A stretch of DNA of 64,000 nt from Mobula hypostoma (lineage: Eukaryota). The notes below the pieces were generated by a model that saw only the letters and a program-made list of their open reading frames with translations, was not told the origin of the DNA and did no database searches. How positions within the stretch are numbered: the stretch's first letter is position 1; the number at the start of each line of letters is the position of its first letter. Below, piece by piece: positions 39,957 to 51,229 of the stretch. The DNA lies in the NCBI RefSeq assembly GCF_963921235.1, contig NC_086108.1:2542001-2606000 (forward strand). Direction: 5' to 3'. The position numbers and the translations under genes are program-made.

Positions 39957-40196
39957 TTGATTCCCCTCCGTAGACACTGCCTGACCTGCTGAGTTCCTCC
40001 AGCATTTTGTGTGTGTATTAGGAATTTGCTGTGCTGTGTTGATCAGGGCATGACATGCAACAAAAAAACAACACTCATTTATAGAGAATAAAGAGTTATA
40101 TAAAATTAAATTAAAAAGTTAGAAATTAAAGTACAGATATGAAGTAAAATGTGTTTAAATATGTAATTACCGACTTGGTTAACTTTGTTATTACAG

Positions 40197-41297
40197 GTTT
40201 CCAAGAGTGCAGTGAAGGAATTGATGCCAGACATTGCCATGGCAGCCACATCAAAGCCAAGCTTGCCAGCCAAAGACCCTGAGCTTTGCAAAGCTGTGTC
40301 TGAAGCAGGTCAGGATCCCACGGAGCTGAGCGCTGAGGCTCCCGAACTGCCCTGCTCAAGTCGCGGTGTCAGCAAGTACAGCTTGAGGAAGAAGAAACAC
40401 TCTCGGGGACAGAAACCCCGCAGGCACGTAGACTTTTGGAACTACCCTGACTTTTATGACTTCTCTCCGGACGACTCTGGCCAGCCTTTTGCTCCATCCC
40501 AGAAGTTGCCCAGCCCTGCCCCATCCCCTTCAAAGGGTCACACGTTCTGCCAGGATGCGAAAAGCAACTCCAGACAACCCACGAGCTTAAAGCCACCTCA
40601 TTTAAGCCCAGCATTGCTTTCAAAAAGAAAAGAGACCTTGAACAGTGAGTCCGTAGAAGCTCACGAGAAGGCCGACCTTCGGAGGACTTCTGTAAGTTTT
40701 GACCCACCGCCTGCAGTAGAGGTTATTCATTGTACTGCTGGCACAGATCTGACCCATGGTCTGCCAGCTCACGAGGAAAGGCTGCTGGATGTACCTCAGC
40801 AATTCGGGAGGCCTGACCAGCAAATACCTTTAGAACCAGCTGATTACAAAGCCTTTGCTGGTGGGACATTGATAGGCACAGACTTAATCCATGGCTTGCC
40901 GGCTGAAGAGTCGAAGCCCAGGCCCAGGCTTGTGTCACCTGTCAAGTGTTCGTTCCTCCCTTGTGAGCCACTGTCATCCCAGCTGAGACGAAGGAACTCA
41001 CCGCAGACCATAGTAAAGTCGGACAACTTCCCGTCGCCAGCACCTACCTGTTGCGACTACCTTTATCGGAGGGGTGGTTCTGACGCTGCAGTGACCACGG
41101 ACTTGACTTCTAGTCTTCCCGCCAGCCCTGGTGTAGGTGTGCCGTTCATCTCCGTCATTGAGGACGCAGCTGGGAGACTAGCCGAGGCAAGCCACCTCTC
41201 ACCATCAAACTGTTGTATCAGCCATAGCGTGAACACCAAGAGACAGCCAAATAAGTCTGAACCGAGAGACTTTCTATACAAGAAGTCGGCTCTATAA
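40197..41297 (+). CDS. Large terminal coding exon (366 aa, Ser/Pro-rich, likely disordered; basic stretch LRKKKHSRGQKPRRH)
   Basis: ttacag acceptor in phase 0; 1101-nt open frame in non-repetitive sequence ending TAA. Confidence 0.85.
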   Translation, partial: VSKSAVKELMPDIAMAATSKPSLPAKDPELCKAVSEAGQDPTELSAEAPELPCSSRGVSKYSLRKKKHSRGQKPRRHVDFWNYPDFYDFSPDDSGQPFAPSQKLPSPAPSPSKGHTFCQDAKSNSRQPTSLKPPHLSPALLSKRKETLNSESVEAHEKADLRRTSVSFDPPPAVEVIHCTAGTDLTHGLPAHEERLLDVPQQFGRPDQQIPLEPADYKAFAGGTLIGTDLIHGLPAEESKPRPRLVSPVKCSFLPCEPLSSQLRRRNSPQTIVKSDNFPSPAPTCCDYLYRRGGSDAAVTTDLTSSLPASPGVGVPFISVIEDAAGRLAEASHLSPSNCCISHSVNTKRQPNKSEPRDFLYKKSAL

Positions 41298-43270
41298 ATC
41301 TGGCGTATGTTATTTCCCTTCTGATGTTTTGTGTCCTTTTTCTCCCTTTCTCTATCTTATTTGTTTTGTTTTTTTACCCTCTGTCTCTATTTTCCCTTTC
41401 TTTTCCCAGTTTTCCTCTTACTCTTTCTCTTTCTCCTCTCTCAATCTCTTCTTTCTCTTTCTCTCTTCTTTCTCTTTCTCTCTCTCTCTCTCCTTTCCTT
41501 CCAAAGGATGCCCATCAAACAAAAAATCATGTGGTGCGATGGAAATTCTTGTGACTTTAGTCATGGTTAGCTGGTTGGCCGCACTGACTGCATGCCTACA
41601 TCCCGAGCTGTTTGACCCAGATGAATCATGGGGGATGAGTCTCTGAGCAATACAAACAATTCTAGTGACTGTATTTACAGTAGGGAGGTCTTGTTTTGTG
41701 CTTACGTTCTCTTTCTAGTCCCATAACGAGCTGATAGAGTGGACAGGAAGGGATGTGGTCTGGGGGATGGATTTTTTTTTTTGCTCAGTCTCAGTTTATT
41801 TTGACAAGAGGGCATAATTGAAATGTGCTGTATGTTGACAGGGAGAAGAGTCCCATGTCCTATGCAAGTTAAACAGGGGCAAAACAGAGGAACCAGTTGA
41901 GGAAGATTGAAAACTTTGGGCAAAAAGCACAAGGGAATGATTTTTTTTATTTTGGAATTGTTCTGCAAAGAAACTTTCTCTTTAGTTCAGAAATTATGAC
42001 TGGGTTTGCATTTCTGTTTATTTCTGTTGAACTGGAGTGTTATAAGTGAAGTGAAGTGGACAGATGTTTTTGTGTCAATGCTTCGCTACAAGGCAGTCAT
42101 TCCAATTCACAAGAACCGGCTCCACCCACGGGCACTTGCTGCTCACTGCATGGAAATGGGGTCATTGCAAGTAAGACTTATCCCAAGCTTGATTCTTGCT
42201 GCGTGTTGTCAGGCAAGCGGTGTTTCCCCTTCTCCCCCCGCCCCCCACTTGGAATTGTGAGCATTGCTGCATGCAGGAAGGAAGTATTAGTCAAGATCCT
42301 TCCTGCAATGCCATCCATCCTCTGTGCCTATCACCAATCAACTTCAACGAGGGCATGCTCCCACGCTTGTATTTGTCCCTCAGAGCAAATGTAGCCTCCC
42401 TCTGATTTGGGCAGGAGAGCCCTTCTGGAGCCCAGTGCCACTGGGAAGACGATCAGAGTTGCTGCCTCATCCACCCAGGATGAGGGTGCTTCACTGTGGA
42501 TGAGAAACGGGGGAAATAAAAGGAGTTAATATTCAAGTGAAGGGGCTGTCTCTTTATTTTACCATGGTATTCTGTAGCCTGATGCAAATAACTATGCTGG
42601 AAATGATTTCTCTAGTAAAATTATGAATTTTTAAAAACTGGAGCTTGGACAATAGTTTGTAGAACGTTTTGCTGTATCAGCTAAACTGTATGGGGGGAGG
42701 TCAATTTCAAGAAATGCTCATGTGCTTTTACTTGTAGGTAACGCAGGCAAAGCAACCAGTCTCTTATCACTGACATTAAACTGCCTGTTCAGGTTTTGCC
42801 CAGATGTTAAAGATCTGGGGTGAACTGCTAGATTATCAATAAGTATTGTGAGAAATTGAGAGAGGGAGTGTGTTGTGCAAAGGAGGCAGATCGGGTTGAT
42901 AATAGGGCTATTTTGTTGCATGGTTAGTTATGCAACCCGTAAAGGCACTGGAAATTCCCTCGCACCCTTAACCTGTCCCAGGACTCCTCTTTTCGAGGCC
43001 CTTTACTCATAACCTTAACTGTCTCAAGCTGCTTCTAAACTGCTTTGGAGAGGTTGTTTCTATTTTAGACATCTTGAAGTTTAAAATTATGTTTTGAATA
43101 TATTTTTATATGATATTATCAACTGCGCATCTACAGGTTGTATCACCTTTTCCTAAAACATTTAGTCTGTTTAAATTCCAGCCTCTGGTTTCTACCATAC
43201 TTGTTGAAATGCTCATTGAAATCATGAATTAATTTTTTTTTTGTATTTAAAATAAAAAAAAAATTTGATT
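41298..43270 (+). other. Probable 3' UTR with poly(A) signal AATAAA at 43251
   Basis: About 2 kb free of the interspersed repeats that saturate the rest of the window; AATAAA followed by U-rich sequence. Confidence 0.6.
41507..41554 (+). CDS. Candidate alternative last coding segment (DAHQTKNHVVRWKFL*)
   Basis: Follows a polypyrimidine tract of about 170 nt ending ccaaag; phase 0 matches the internal donor TCT|gtaagt at 40692. Confidence 0.4.
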   Translation, partial: DAHQTKNHVVRWKFL

Positions 43271-45449
43271 TTGAAACTCTCTAGTGAGCCAGGGTTTTGT
43301 TCTAAGGCAGTTTAAAGAGGCATGTACCACCGCAAACTTAGCCAAAGCTTTAGGCGTAATCTGTAAACCGATTTAATCTGATGCTGTTGCAAGTATTAGA
43401 GGCATGTTCTATATTGTCCATTCTCAGTCCTTTTGGACCACTAGTATTCTGCAATTAGGTTAAAAAAAAGAGGATTGTGATTGTGCATGCCACTGAAGGA
43501 GCTGCCAAGACCAAAACCAGATGTGTGTGTGGGGTCAGCTGATAAGGCTGGATCCTCACTTGAATAATGAGGTTCACTTTCCTAATTTGTCAGCAAACTA
43601 TTATCAATAGATCAGAACATAGATGGAGCAGAATTAGGCCATTTAGCCCATTGAGCCTACCATTTCACCGAGGCTAATTGATTAGCCCTGTCAACCCGAC
43701 TCTTCTATTTAAACAACGGAGAGCACAGAGAAAGTCGCAGGCTGGTGGTGCCCCCCTTCACTGGAGGAACAGTAATAAAACTGATCCACCAAGCAACATC
43801 CCTCCTCCCATTAATTTTGAGGTGTTCATTCTTATCACTTTCAAGTAGCTAGTTTGCGTTTATGCAGTTGGCCTTTTCTCTATCACCTTGAAACTTTGGA
43901 GACAACTTCTACAAAAATCCGCTGCCAGCTATGTGTTGACTACAGTTACAACACTGGTGATCTGTGACTTAGATTAGCACTGGTAATGTTCTGTTCTCCC
44001 TCACCTTTTGTGGTCCAATATACAGGCAACCGTGAGGTTCTACAGATGCTGGAAATGCAGTGCAGTGCGCACACAAAATGCCGGAGGAACTCAGCAGTCA
44101 GGCAGCATCTAGGCAGAGGTTCCCAACCTATTTTATGCCATTAGACAAGGGGTCTGTGGACCCCAGGTTGGGAACCCCTGATCTATGAGGAGGAATTACT
44201 GTTTATTCCTCTCCATCAATGTCACCTGGCCTCAGTTCCTCAAGCATTTTGTGTGTGTTGTAAAAGACAATGTCTCCTTATTTTCTTACCCACCACCCCC
44301 CCCGCCAACTTCAGTATTATTTTTATCTACTTTACCATCAGATCACTAAATATTTTATGTGTTAGTATTATGGTCAACCTTGTGACTCGGGAAGCCACCA
44401 GATTAAGCCCTTGCCGTTTGCCACTAGACCTTTGAATAAGTTTTGATCTTTTTTCCTGCTTGGGGAAAAGCAGAAAAACTTCCATCAGAGTTGTCTAATT
44501 GGCCGAGTCATATTTGCAAGGCTGACCCACAAGGAGTCATTGTTTGGCCAGTGATTTACAACCTGTCGAGTACCACATCAGTACTGAAGGCAAGCTGAAT
44601 GTCTGGATAAACTTAAGAGCAACTTGTTCAACCTTCCAGCTTGACATTGAATTTCCTCTTCAAAGATTTCCATAAAACATAGATGCAGAATTATCCTTGC
44701 AGCCCATCGAGCCTACTCCACCATTTGATCACGGCTGATTCTTTTCTCCTTCTCAGCCCCATTTTCCTGCCTTCTCCTCATAACCTTTGACACCCTAACT
44801 AATCAAGAACCTATCAACCTCAGCTTTAAATATACCCAATGACTTGGCCTTCCCAGCCATCTGTGGCTTTGAATTCCACAGATTCACCACCCTCTGGCTA
44901 AAGAAATCCTTGCTCATCTCTGTTCTGAGAGACATCCCTCGTTTCTGAGGCTGTGCCCTCTGATCCTAGATTTCCCCCAGCATAGAGAACATTCTCTCCA
45001 CATCCACTCTATCGAGGCCTTTCAATATTCAATAGGTTTCAATGAGCTCACCCCTCATTCTTCTGAATTCCAGCAAGTAGAAGCCTAGAGCTCCTCATAC
45101 TGTACATTAACCCTTTCTTTCTTGGGATCATTATGAATCTCCTCTGGACCCTCTCCAATGCCTGAACATCTTGTCTGAGATGTGGGCCAAAAACTGCTCA
45201 CAGTACTCCCAAGTGGGTCTGACCAAACTCCATCTATACATTCTCCATCATCTAAAATAGATTATATAGTACAGTACAGGCCCTTTGGCCCACAATGTTG
45301 CGCTGATCTTTTAACCTACTCCTAAGATTCATCTAACTCTTCCCTCCTACGTAGCCCTCCATTTTTTTTTCTCAAGAGTTAAGTTCCTTGCATGCAGAGA
45401 CATGATTCTGCAGATGCTGGAACTCTTGAGCAACACGCACACACGCGCG

Positions 45450-45480
<31 letters not shown>

Positions 45481-45674
45481 AGGGGGAACTCAGCAAGACA
45501 CGCCTCCCTCTTCATCACCTTCATCTGGTTCCCCTCCACCTTCCCTTTCTGTCATGGGTCACTCCTTCTTTATCAGCCTTTTACCTCTTCCCTCTCACAT
45601 GTCCTCGCTGATCACCTATATTCCTTCCCCTCGCCTTCTCTCCCCCACCACCTTATTCTGGCTCCTACCCTTTC

Positions 45675-45712
45675 CAGTCCTGATGAAGGGGCTTGGCCTG
45701 AAACGTCGACTG
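45675..45712 (+). ncRNA. Hammerhead motif (core intact, weak stem II)
   Basis: cagtc-CTGATGA-aggggcttggcct-GAAA-cgtc-gactg. Confidence 0.55.
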
Positions 45713-47512
45713 TTTATTTCCCTCCTGACTTGCTGAGTTCCTCAACACTTTATGTGTGTGTTGGCCTAGAGCAGGGGTTCCTAATCTGGGGTCCACAAAC
45801 CCCTTGCTTAATGGTATTGTTCAATAACATAAAAAAGGTTCAGAACCCCTGCTCTCCTGCTGAGAGAGTCAGATACTTCTACGTGTTGACCTAAAGCTGA
45901 CATTTAAATCCAGCTGAAGCACACCAGTGAGGCCTCACTTGGAGTACTGTGAGCAGTTTTGGGCCCCTTATCTAGGAAAGGATGTGCTGACAAAGGAGAG
46001 GGTTCAAGGAAGGTTCACGAAAATGATTATGAGAATCTAAGGCTCGTATGAAGAACGTTTGATGGTTCTGGCCCTCTACTCACTGGAATTCAGAAGAATG
46101 AGGGGTGACCTCATTGAAAACCTTTCGAATGTTGAAAAGGTCTCGATAGAGTGGATATGAAGAGGATGTCTTCTATAGTGGGGACCTGAGGACACAGCAA
46201 AATAGAGGGGTGTCTGTTTAGAATGGAGATGAGGAGGAATTTCTTTAGCCAGAGAATAGAGAACCTAGAATTTATAGCTACAGGCAGCTGTGGAGGCTAA
46301 GTCATAGGGTATATTTAAGGCAGAGGTTTATAGATTCTTAATTAGTCAGAGCATGAAGGGATACGGCGAGAAGGCAGGAGATTTGGGCTGAGAGGAAAAT
46401 GGATCAGTCATGATGAAATAACAGAGTAGACTTTTAAAAAGAAATCTATAGTAAGGGAAGGGGGCAGAGGAGGGTTGGGTTCACAGAAAAAAAGAAGTTT
46501 AACAGTGATAATGGTGTTCTGATGGCATCGTACTTGTGTTCCTTGAGTCTGACTGCCATTGGTCAAGACTCCAGACTTGCTGTGGCAACAGCCCGAGATC
46601 AGCATTGCAAGACAGACAGCTTTGTGCTGTTTGTATGGATAACCACCCAGAGTTGATAACTGGTCACACGTTGGTTCTGATAACAAAAATGTGTCTCAAA
46701 CTCTTTTGACACTTTGAGGGAAAGGGAAAAAAATAATTTTGCATCCTTTTTAAATAAATAGACCATAAGACATAGGAGCAGAATTAGGCTATTTGGCTCA
46801 TTGAGTCTGCTCTGTCATTCAATCTTGACTGATTTATTATCCCTCTCAACCCCATTCTCCTGCCTTCCCCCCTAACCTTTGACCCTTGACGCCCTGACTA
46901 ATCAAGAATCTTTCAACTTCTGCTTTGTATACCCAATGACTTAAACTCCACATCCGTCTGTGAATTACACCGATTCACCACCCCCTGCTTAAGAAATTCC
47001 TCCTCATCCATATTCTAAAAGGACATTCTGAAGCTGTGCCTTTGGGCTTAGAATCCCGCACTATAGGAAGCATCCTCTCCATGTCCTCTCTATCTAGGCC
47101 TTTCAATATTCGATAGGTTTCAATGAGCCCTTCGAGTCTGCTCTGCCGTTCCAAAATGGCTGATTTATTATCCCTCTCAAACCAGTTCTCCTGCCTTCTC
47201 CCTAAAACCTTTGACACCCCTACTAATCAACAACCTATCAACCTTGGCTTTAAATATGCCCATTGACTGATCTCCACAGCTGTCCATGGCAATGACTTCC
47301 ACAGATTCACCCACCCTCTGGCTGAGGAAAATCCTCCTCATCTCTGTTCTAAATGGATGCCCCTCTATTCTGAGGCTGTGCCCTCTGGTCCTCAACTCCT
47401 CGACTATAGGAAACTTCCTACACACCCACTCTATCAAGGCCTCGCCGTATCCAATCTACATAGGCCTTTCAATATTCAATAGGTTTGAATGAGATTTTTG
47501 GGCCAGTGAGAC

Positions 47513-47850
47513 AAACTGGAAAACCCATCCCTAAATAGAGGGTGTGGGGTACAACACCATTTATCAGCTACTTATAATGCTATCCTAACATCTCTATCCT
47601 GGCATCTCCACAGCAGTTCACACCCCGATTCATGCAAAGATTAGTGACCCTCTCATTACCTCTGCGACTCTTAACGACCCTCATGTGATTGCTGTACCTT
47701 TAAACAACTCGGAAAACTACCCGCCATAGATCAGAACTGACGAAGCCTCTCAGATGAATGGCGAAACGTCTTCTAGTCAACACAGCAAGTCCAGTTGATT
47801 CACTACTGCTTGTTTTACAATGATCTGGATAATTGAGAACCTTCAGAGAC
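47513..47850 (+). mobile_element. Third Penelope family: endonuclease C-terminus plus pLTR with hammerhead (47733-47774)
   Basis: KLENPSLNRGCGVQHHLSATYNAIL; agaa-CTGACGA-a-gcc...ggc-GAAA-cgtc-ttct. Confidence 0.75.
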
Positions 47851-50348
47851 ACTCCTCATATGTTAACCCTTTCTTTCCTGGGATGATTCTCGTAAACCTC
47901 CTCCGGACCATCTCCAATGCCAATACATCTTTTCTTAGATAGAGGGTCCAAAACTGCTCACAATACTCCAAGTGCAGTCTAACCAATGCCTTATAATTCA
48001 TCAAGCATTACATCCTTTCTTTTATATTCCAGTCCTCTCAAAATGAATGCTAACATTGCATTTGCCTTCCTCACCAGCGACTTAACCTGCAAGTTAGGGA
48101 ATCCTCTGTGAGGACTCAGGATACCCACTTTCATGTAGCCTTGCATGTCGTTTAACCCCTGATGCCAGCCGTGGTGTTGACAGGGTCTGCGGAGTGTGAT
48201 TGGAGCAAGTAGGGATGTTGCTTTCAGCTGCTGTGATGGGGCTGAGCTTGAAACTGCAGTGGAGACTCAAGGCAGCTGGAAAGAACATTCAGGGTTCTGC
48301 ACAGTGCACCTGGAACACAAGCATTACATTCAACCACTCAAGCCCATTACACCATTTAATTAGATCGTGGTGTAGCTATATTCATGGTGAGGATTGTTGC
48401 AAACTCCATCCTCAGGGTTGTTTCACTCACAAGTGCGCCCTCTTTGACAGTGCATGGTTAGCAGACTTCTCGTTAGCTTACTTACTTAATGCCCGTAATG
48501 CCGCTGGCATTTAGGGCAGCAATGAAGGTCCTCATTGGTTGCTGAACTCATGAACCTGCAGGACCAGTGGACCACTCTTAGCCTGGCCTCTACCCTTTGA
48601 CCTGTTTGGCATGGGTGACCCTACCAAGAGCCAAAGCATAAAGCCCTGACTCAGCCAACATAGCTCTCCGGATAACTGAGGCACACAAACCGCCAAACAC
48701 AGACAAGGCTTTGAGGTTCTCATTAGCATTGAATCATAAAGACAGGAGATTCTGCAGATGCTGGAAATCCCAAAGCAACACACACAAAATGCTGGAGGAA
48801 CTCAGAAAGTCAGGCAGCATCTGTGGAGGAGAATAAACAAGTCAACGTTTCGAGCTAAGATACTTCATCACCACCTGATGAAGGACCTCGGCAAGAAATA
48901 TCGACCCCGCAATAGCATTGGCCACCACACGAAAACTGATTGTTTCCCCTTGTATTGGTACCCACATCTGCTTTTGCAAGACCACAAGGCATAGGAACAG
49001 AATTAGGCTACAGGGCCCAACAAATCTTCTCTGCTGTTCCAACGTGGCAGCTTTATTATCCCCATTCTCCTGCCTTCTCCTCATAACCTTTGACATCCTT
49101 ACTAGTAAGACCATAGGAGTGCAAATAGGCCATTCAGCAGAGACTTAGTCATTTTTAGCATGTGCCGAGGCTCAAGCCAAAGACTTAAAGGACCCATATG
49201 CAGAATCAGCAGAAAAGTATTTGAATGGGAGGTGGTTTACTGAAGAACTGAAAATCATCATAGCTTCAATTTCCCACTTGAGCGTGCGTTGGTAGAGTCT
49301 GCAAGCCATTCTTAATCCTTCACCTGCAGAGCAATGGCAGGTTCTTGCTTAAACCACTGCCCACCAACTTTTTTAAACACCTCATAAGCAGAAGAGATTC
49401 TGCTGATGCTGAAAATCTTGAGCAATGCACTCAAAACGCTGGAGGGAATTCATCAGGTCGGGCAGCATCTGTGGAGGGGAATAAAATGAGGGTTATGTAG
49501 GATTGATTTTGGAAGATCAGCCCAACATGGAGGGCTGAAGGGCTTGTACTGTGCTGCACTGTTCTATGTTCTAATCTAGGGGTTCTCAACCTTTTTTATC
49601 CATAGACCCCTACCATTAACTGAGGTGTCCGTAAACTATTTAAGTTTTTGGCCAAGACTTTTGACTGTTCATTCCCCTCCATCAATGCCACTTGACTTGC
49701 CGAGTTCCTCCAGCATTTGTGTGAGTATTAAGTACTTAGCTGGTTTTAAAATTTACCTATTCACTTACACAGGAGATAATTTATAATTGTCCCAGGCTAT
49801 ATTAATGGTACTGCTCCACCGTGTTACATTTGGGAAGATGTTAAAGGAAGGATGGTAATTAAATTCCATCAATCACATTTTTGTAAGTGCCATGCCCTAC
49901 TTTTTATAACAAACAAAAGTTTACCATTTAATCTACATGTTAATGACTGAATCCCAGCTCACCTGTAAGCCACATTGAGAGTCATTGCCTTTGTAAATTT
50001 CCCCATGTGTATAATATGTGTTTCTTCTAAATCTATTTTTCTACAACATTAGGTGTGTCCAGTGTCAATTAGGGAAAATAAATTGATTATGTTTTTTTTC
50101 CACCCAAATAGTAAGTTATTTATATACTATAGTTGCTTGGATCTTTCTAATGTCCCAACAATAATAAATGTATGAAAACTCTACTGACTGTATGTGCATG
50201 TCTCTTGTATCTGTAGTACTGAACTCCACCTGCCAGAAGCTGAATCCTTCTTATTATCTAGAACAGAAGTTGTGCTATAATAATGTAACCCTCTCTTTAG
50301 AAAAGGGCTCATTGAATATATATCAGACCATAGTGTGCACGTAATCAT

Positions 50349-50980
50349 TCGACGTTTCGGGCCAAGACCCTTCGTCAGGACTAACTGAAAGAAGAGATGG
50401 TAAGAGATTTGAAAGTGGGAGGGGGAGGGGGAGATCCGAAATGATAGGAAGAAGACAGGAGGGGGAGGGATGGAGCTAAGAGCTGGAAAGTTGATTGGGA
50501 AAAGGGATACGAGGCTGGAGAAGGGAGAAAGAAAGGGGGAGGGGAGCCCAGACAATGGGCAAGGAGTTATAGTCAGAGGGAGAAAAGAGAGAGGAAAAAA
50601 AGGGGGGGAAATAAATAATAAATAAATAAGGGGTGGGTATTATTATTTATTTTCCCCCCTATAACTCCTTGCCCATCCTCTGGGACCCCCCCCCCCGGCT
50701 TTCTTTCTCCCTAAGCCTCCCGTCCCATGATCCTCTCCCTTCTCCAGCCTCGTATCCCTTTTGCCAATCAACTTTCCAGCTCTTGGCTCCATCCCTCCCC
50801 CTCCTGTCTTCTCCTATCATTTCGGATCTCCCCCTCCCCCTCCTACACTTTCAAATCTCTTACTATCTCTTCTTTCGGTTAGTCCTGACGAAGGGTCTCG
50901 GCCCGAAACGTCGACTGTTCCCCTTCCTATAGATGCTGCCTGGCCTGCTGCGTTCACCAGCATTTTTTGTGTGTGTTGGT
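50349..50980. mobile_element. Head-to-head inverted Penelope pLTR pair, each arm with an intact hammerhead core
   Basis: 50349-50630 is the reverse complement of about 50637-50914, with indels. Confidence 0.85.
50881..50916 (+). ncRNA. Consensus minimal type I hammerhead ribozyme (GUC site after 50912)
   Basis: agtc-CTGACGA-a-gggt ctcg gccc-GAAA-cgtc-gact; a core-intact antisense partner lies at about 50349-50383. Confidence 0.85.
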
Positions 50981-51229
50981 AAAATAAAGTATGGTTATAA
51001 ACCAAGGTATGACAATAATTATAATTACTTCTGCTCCCCTTCCTTTCCAGTCTTGGCCCACAATGTCCACTGTTAATTCCCCTTGATAGATGCTGCCTGA
51101 CTTGCTGAGATCCTCCGGCACTGGGGTGCATTGCTCCTGATTTCAGCACCAGCAGAATCGTTGGTATCCCCCGGGGAAATCTTTTCATTCAGGCAAGACT
51201 ACAGGCAGTTGAACACACATAAATACAAA

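Larger units (their letters stand above)
44672..48115. mobile_element. Cluster of CR1-like 3' fragments (minus 44672-45230, plus 45925-46430, minus 46760-48115)
   Basis: Repeated RTRGHSLRIEG.PFRTEMRR.F.SQRV and VRPHLEYCEQFW segments. Confidence 0.8.

Noticed and set aside
41324..41646. Hydrophobic Phe/Leu/Ser-rich ORFs suggesting a membrane protein
   Set aside because: Translation artefact of a CT-rich low-complexity tract
45433..45481. (CA)n/(CG)n alternating tract with Z-DNA potential
   Set aside because: Ordinary microsatellite expansion of the ACACAC run in a pLTR; nothing suggests function
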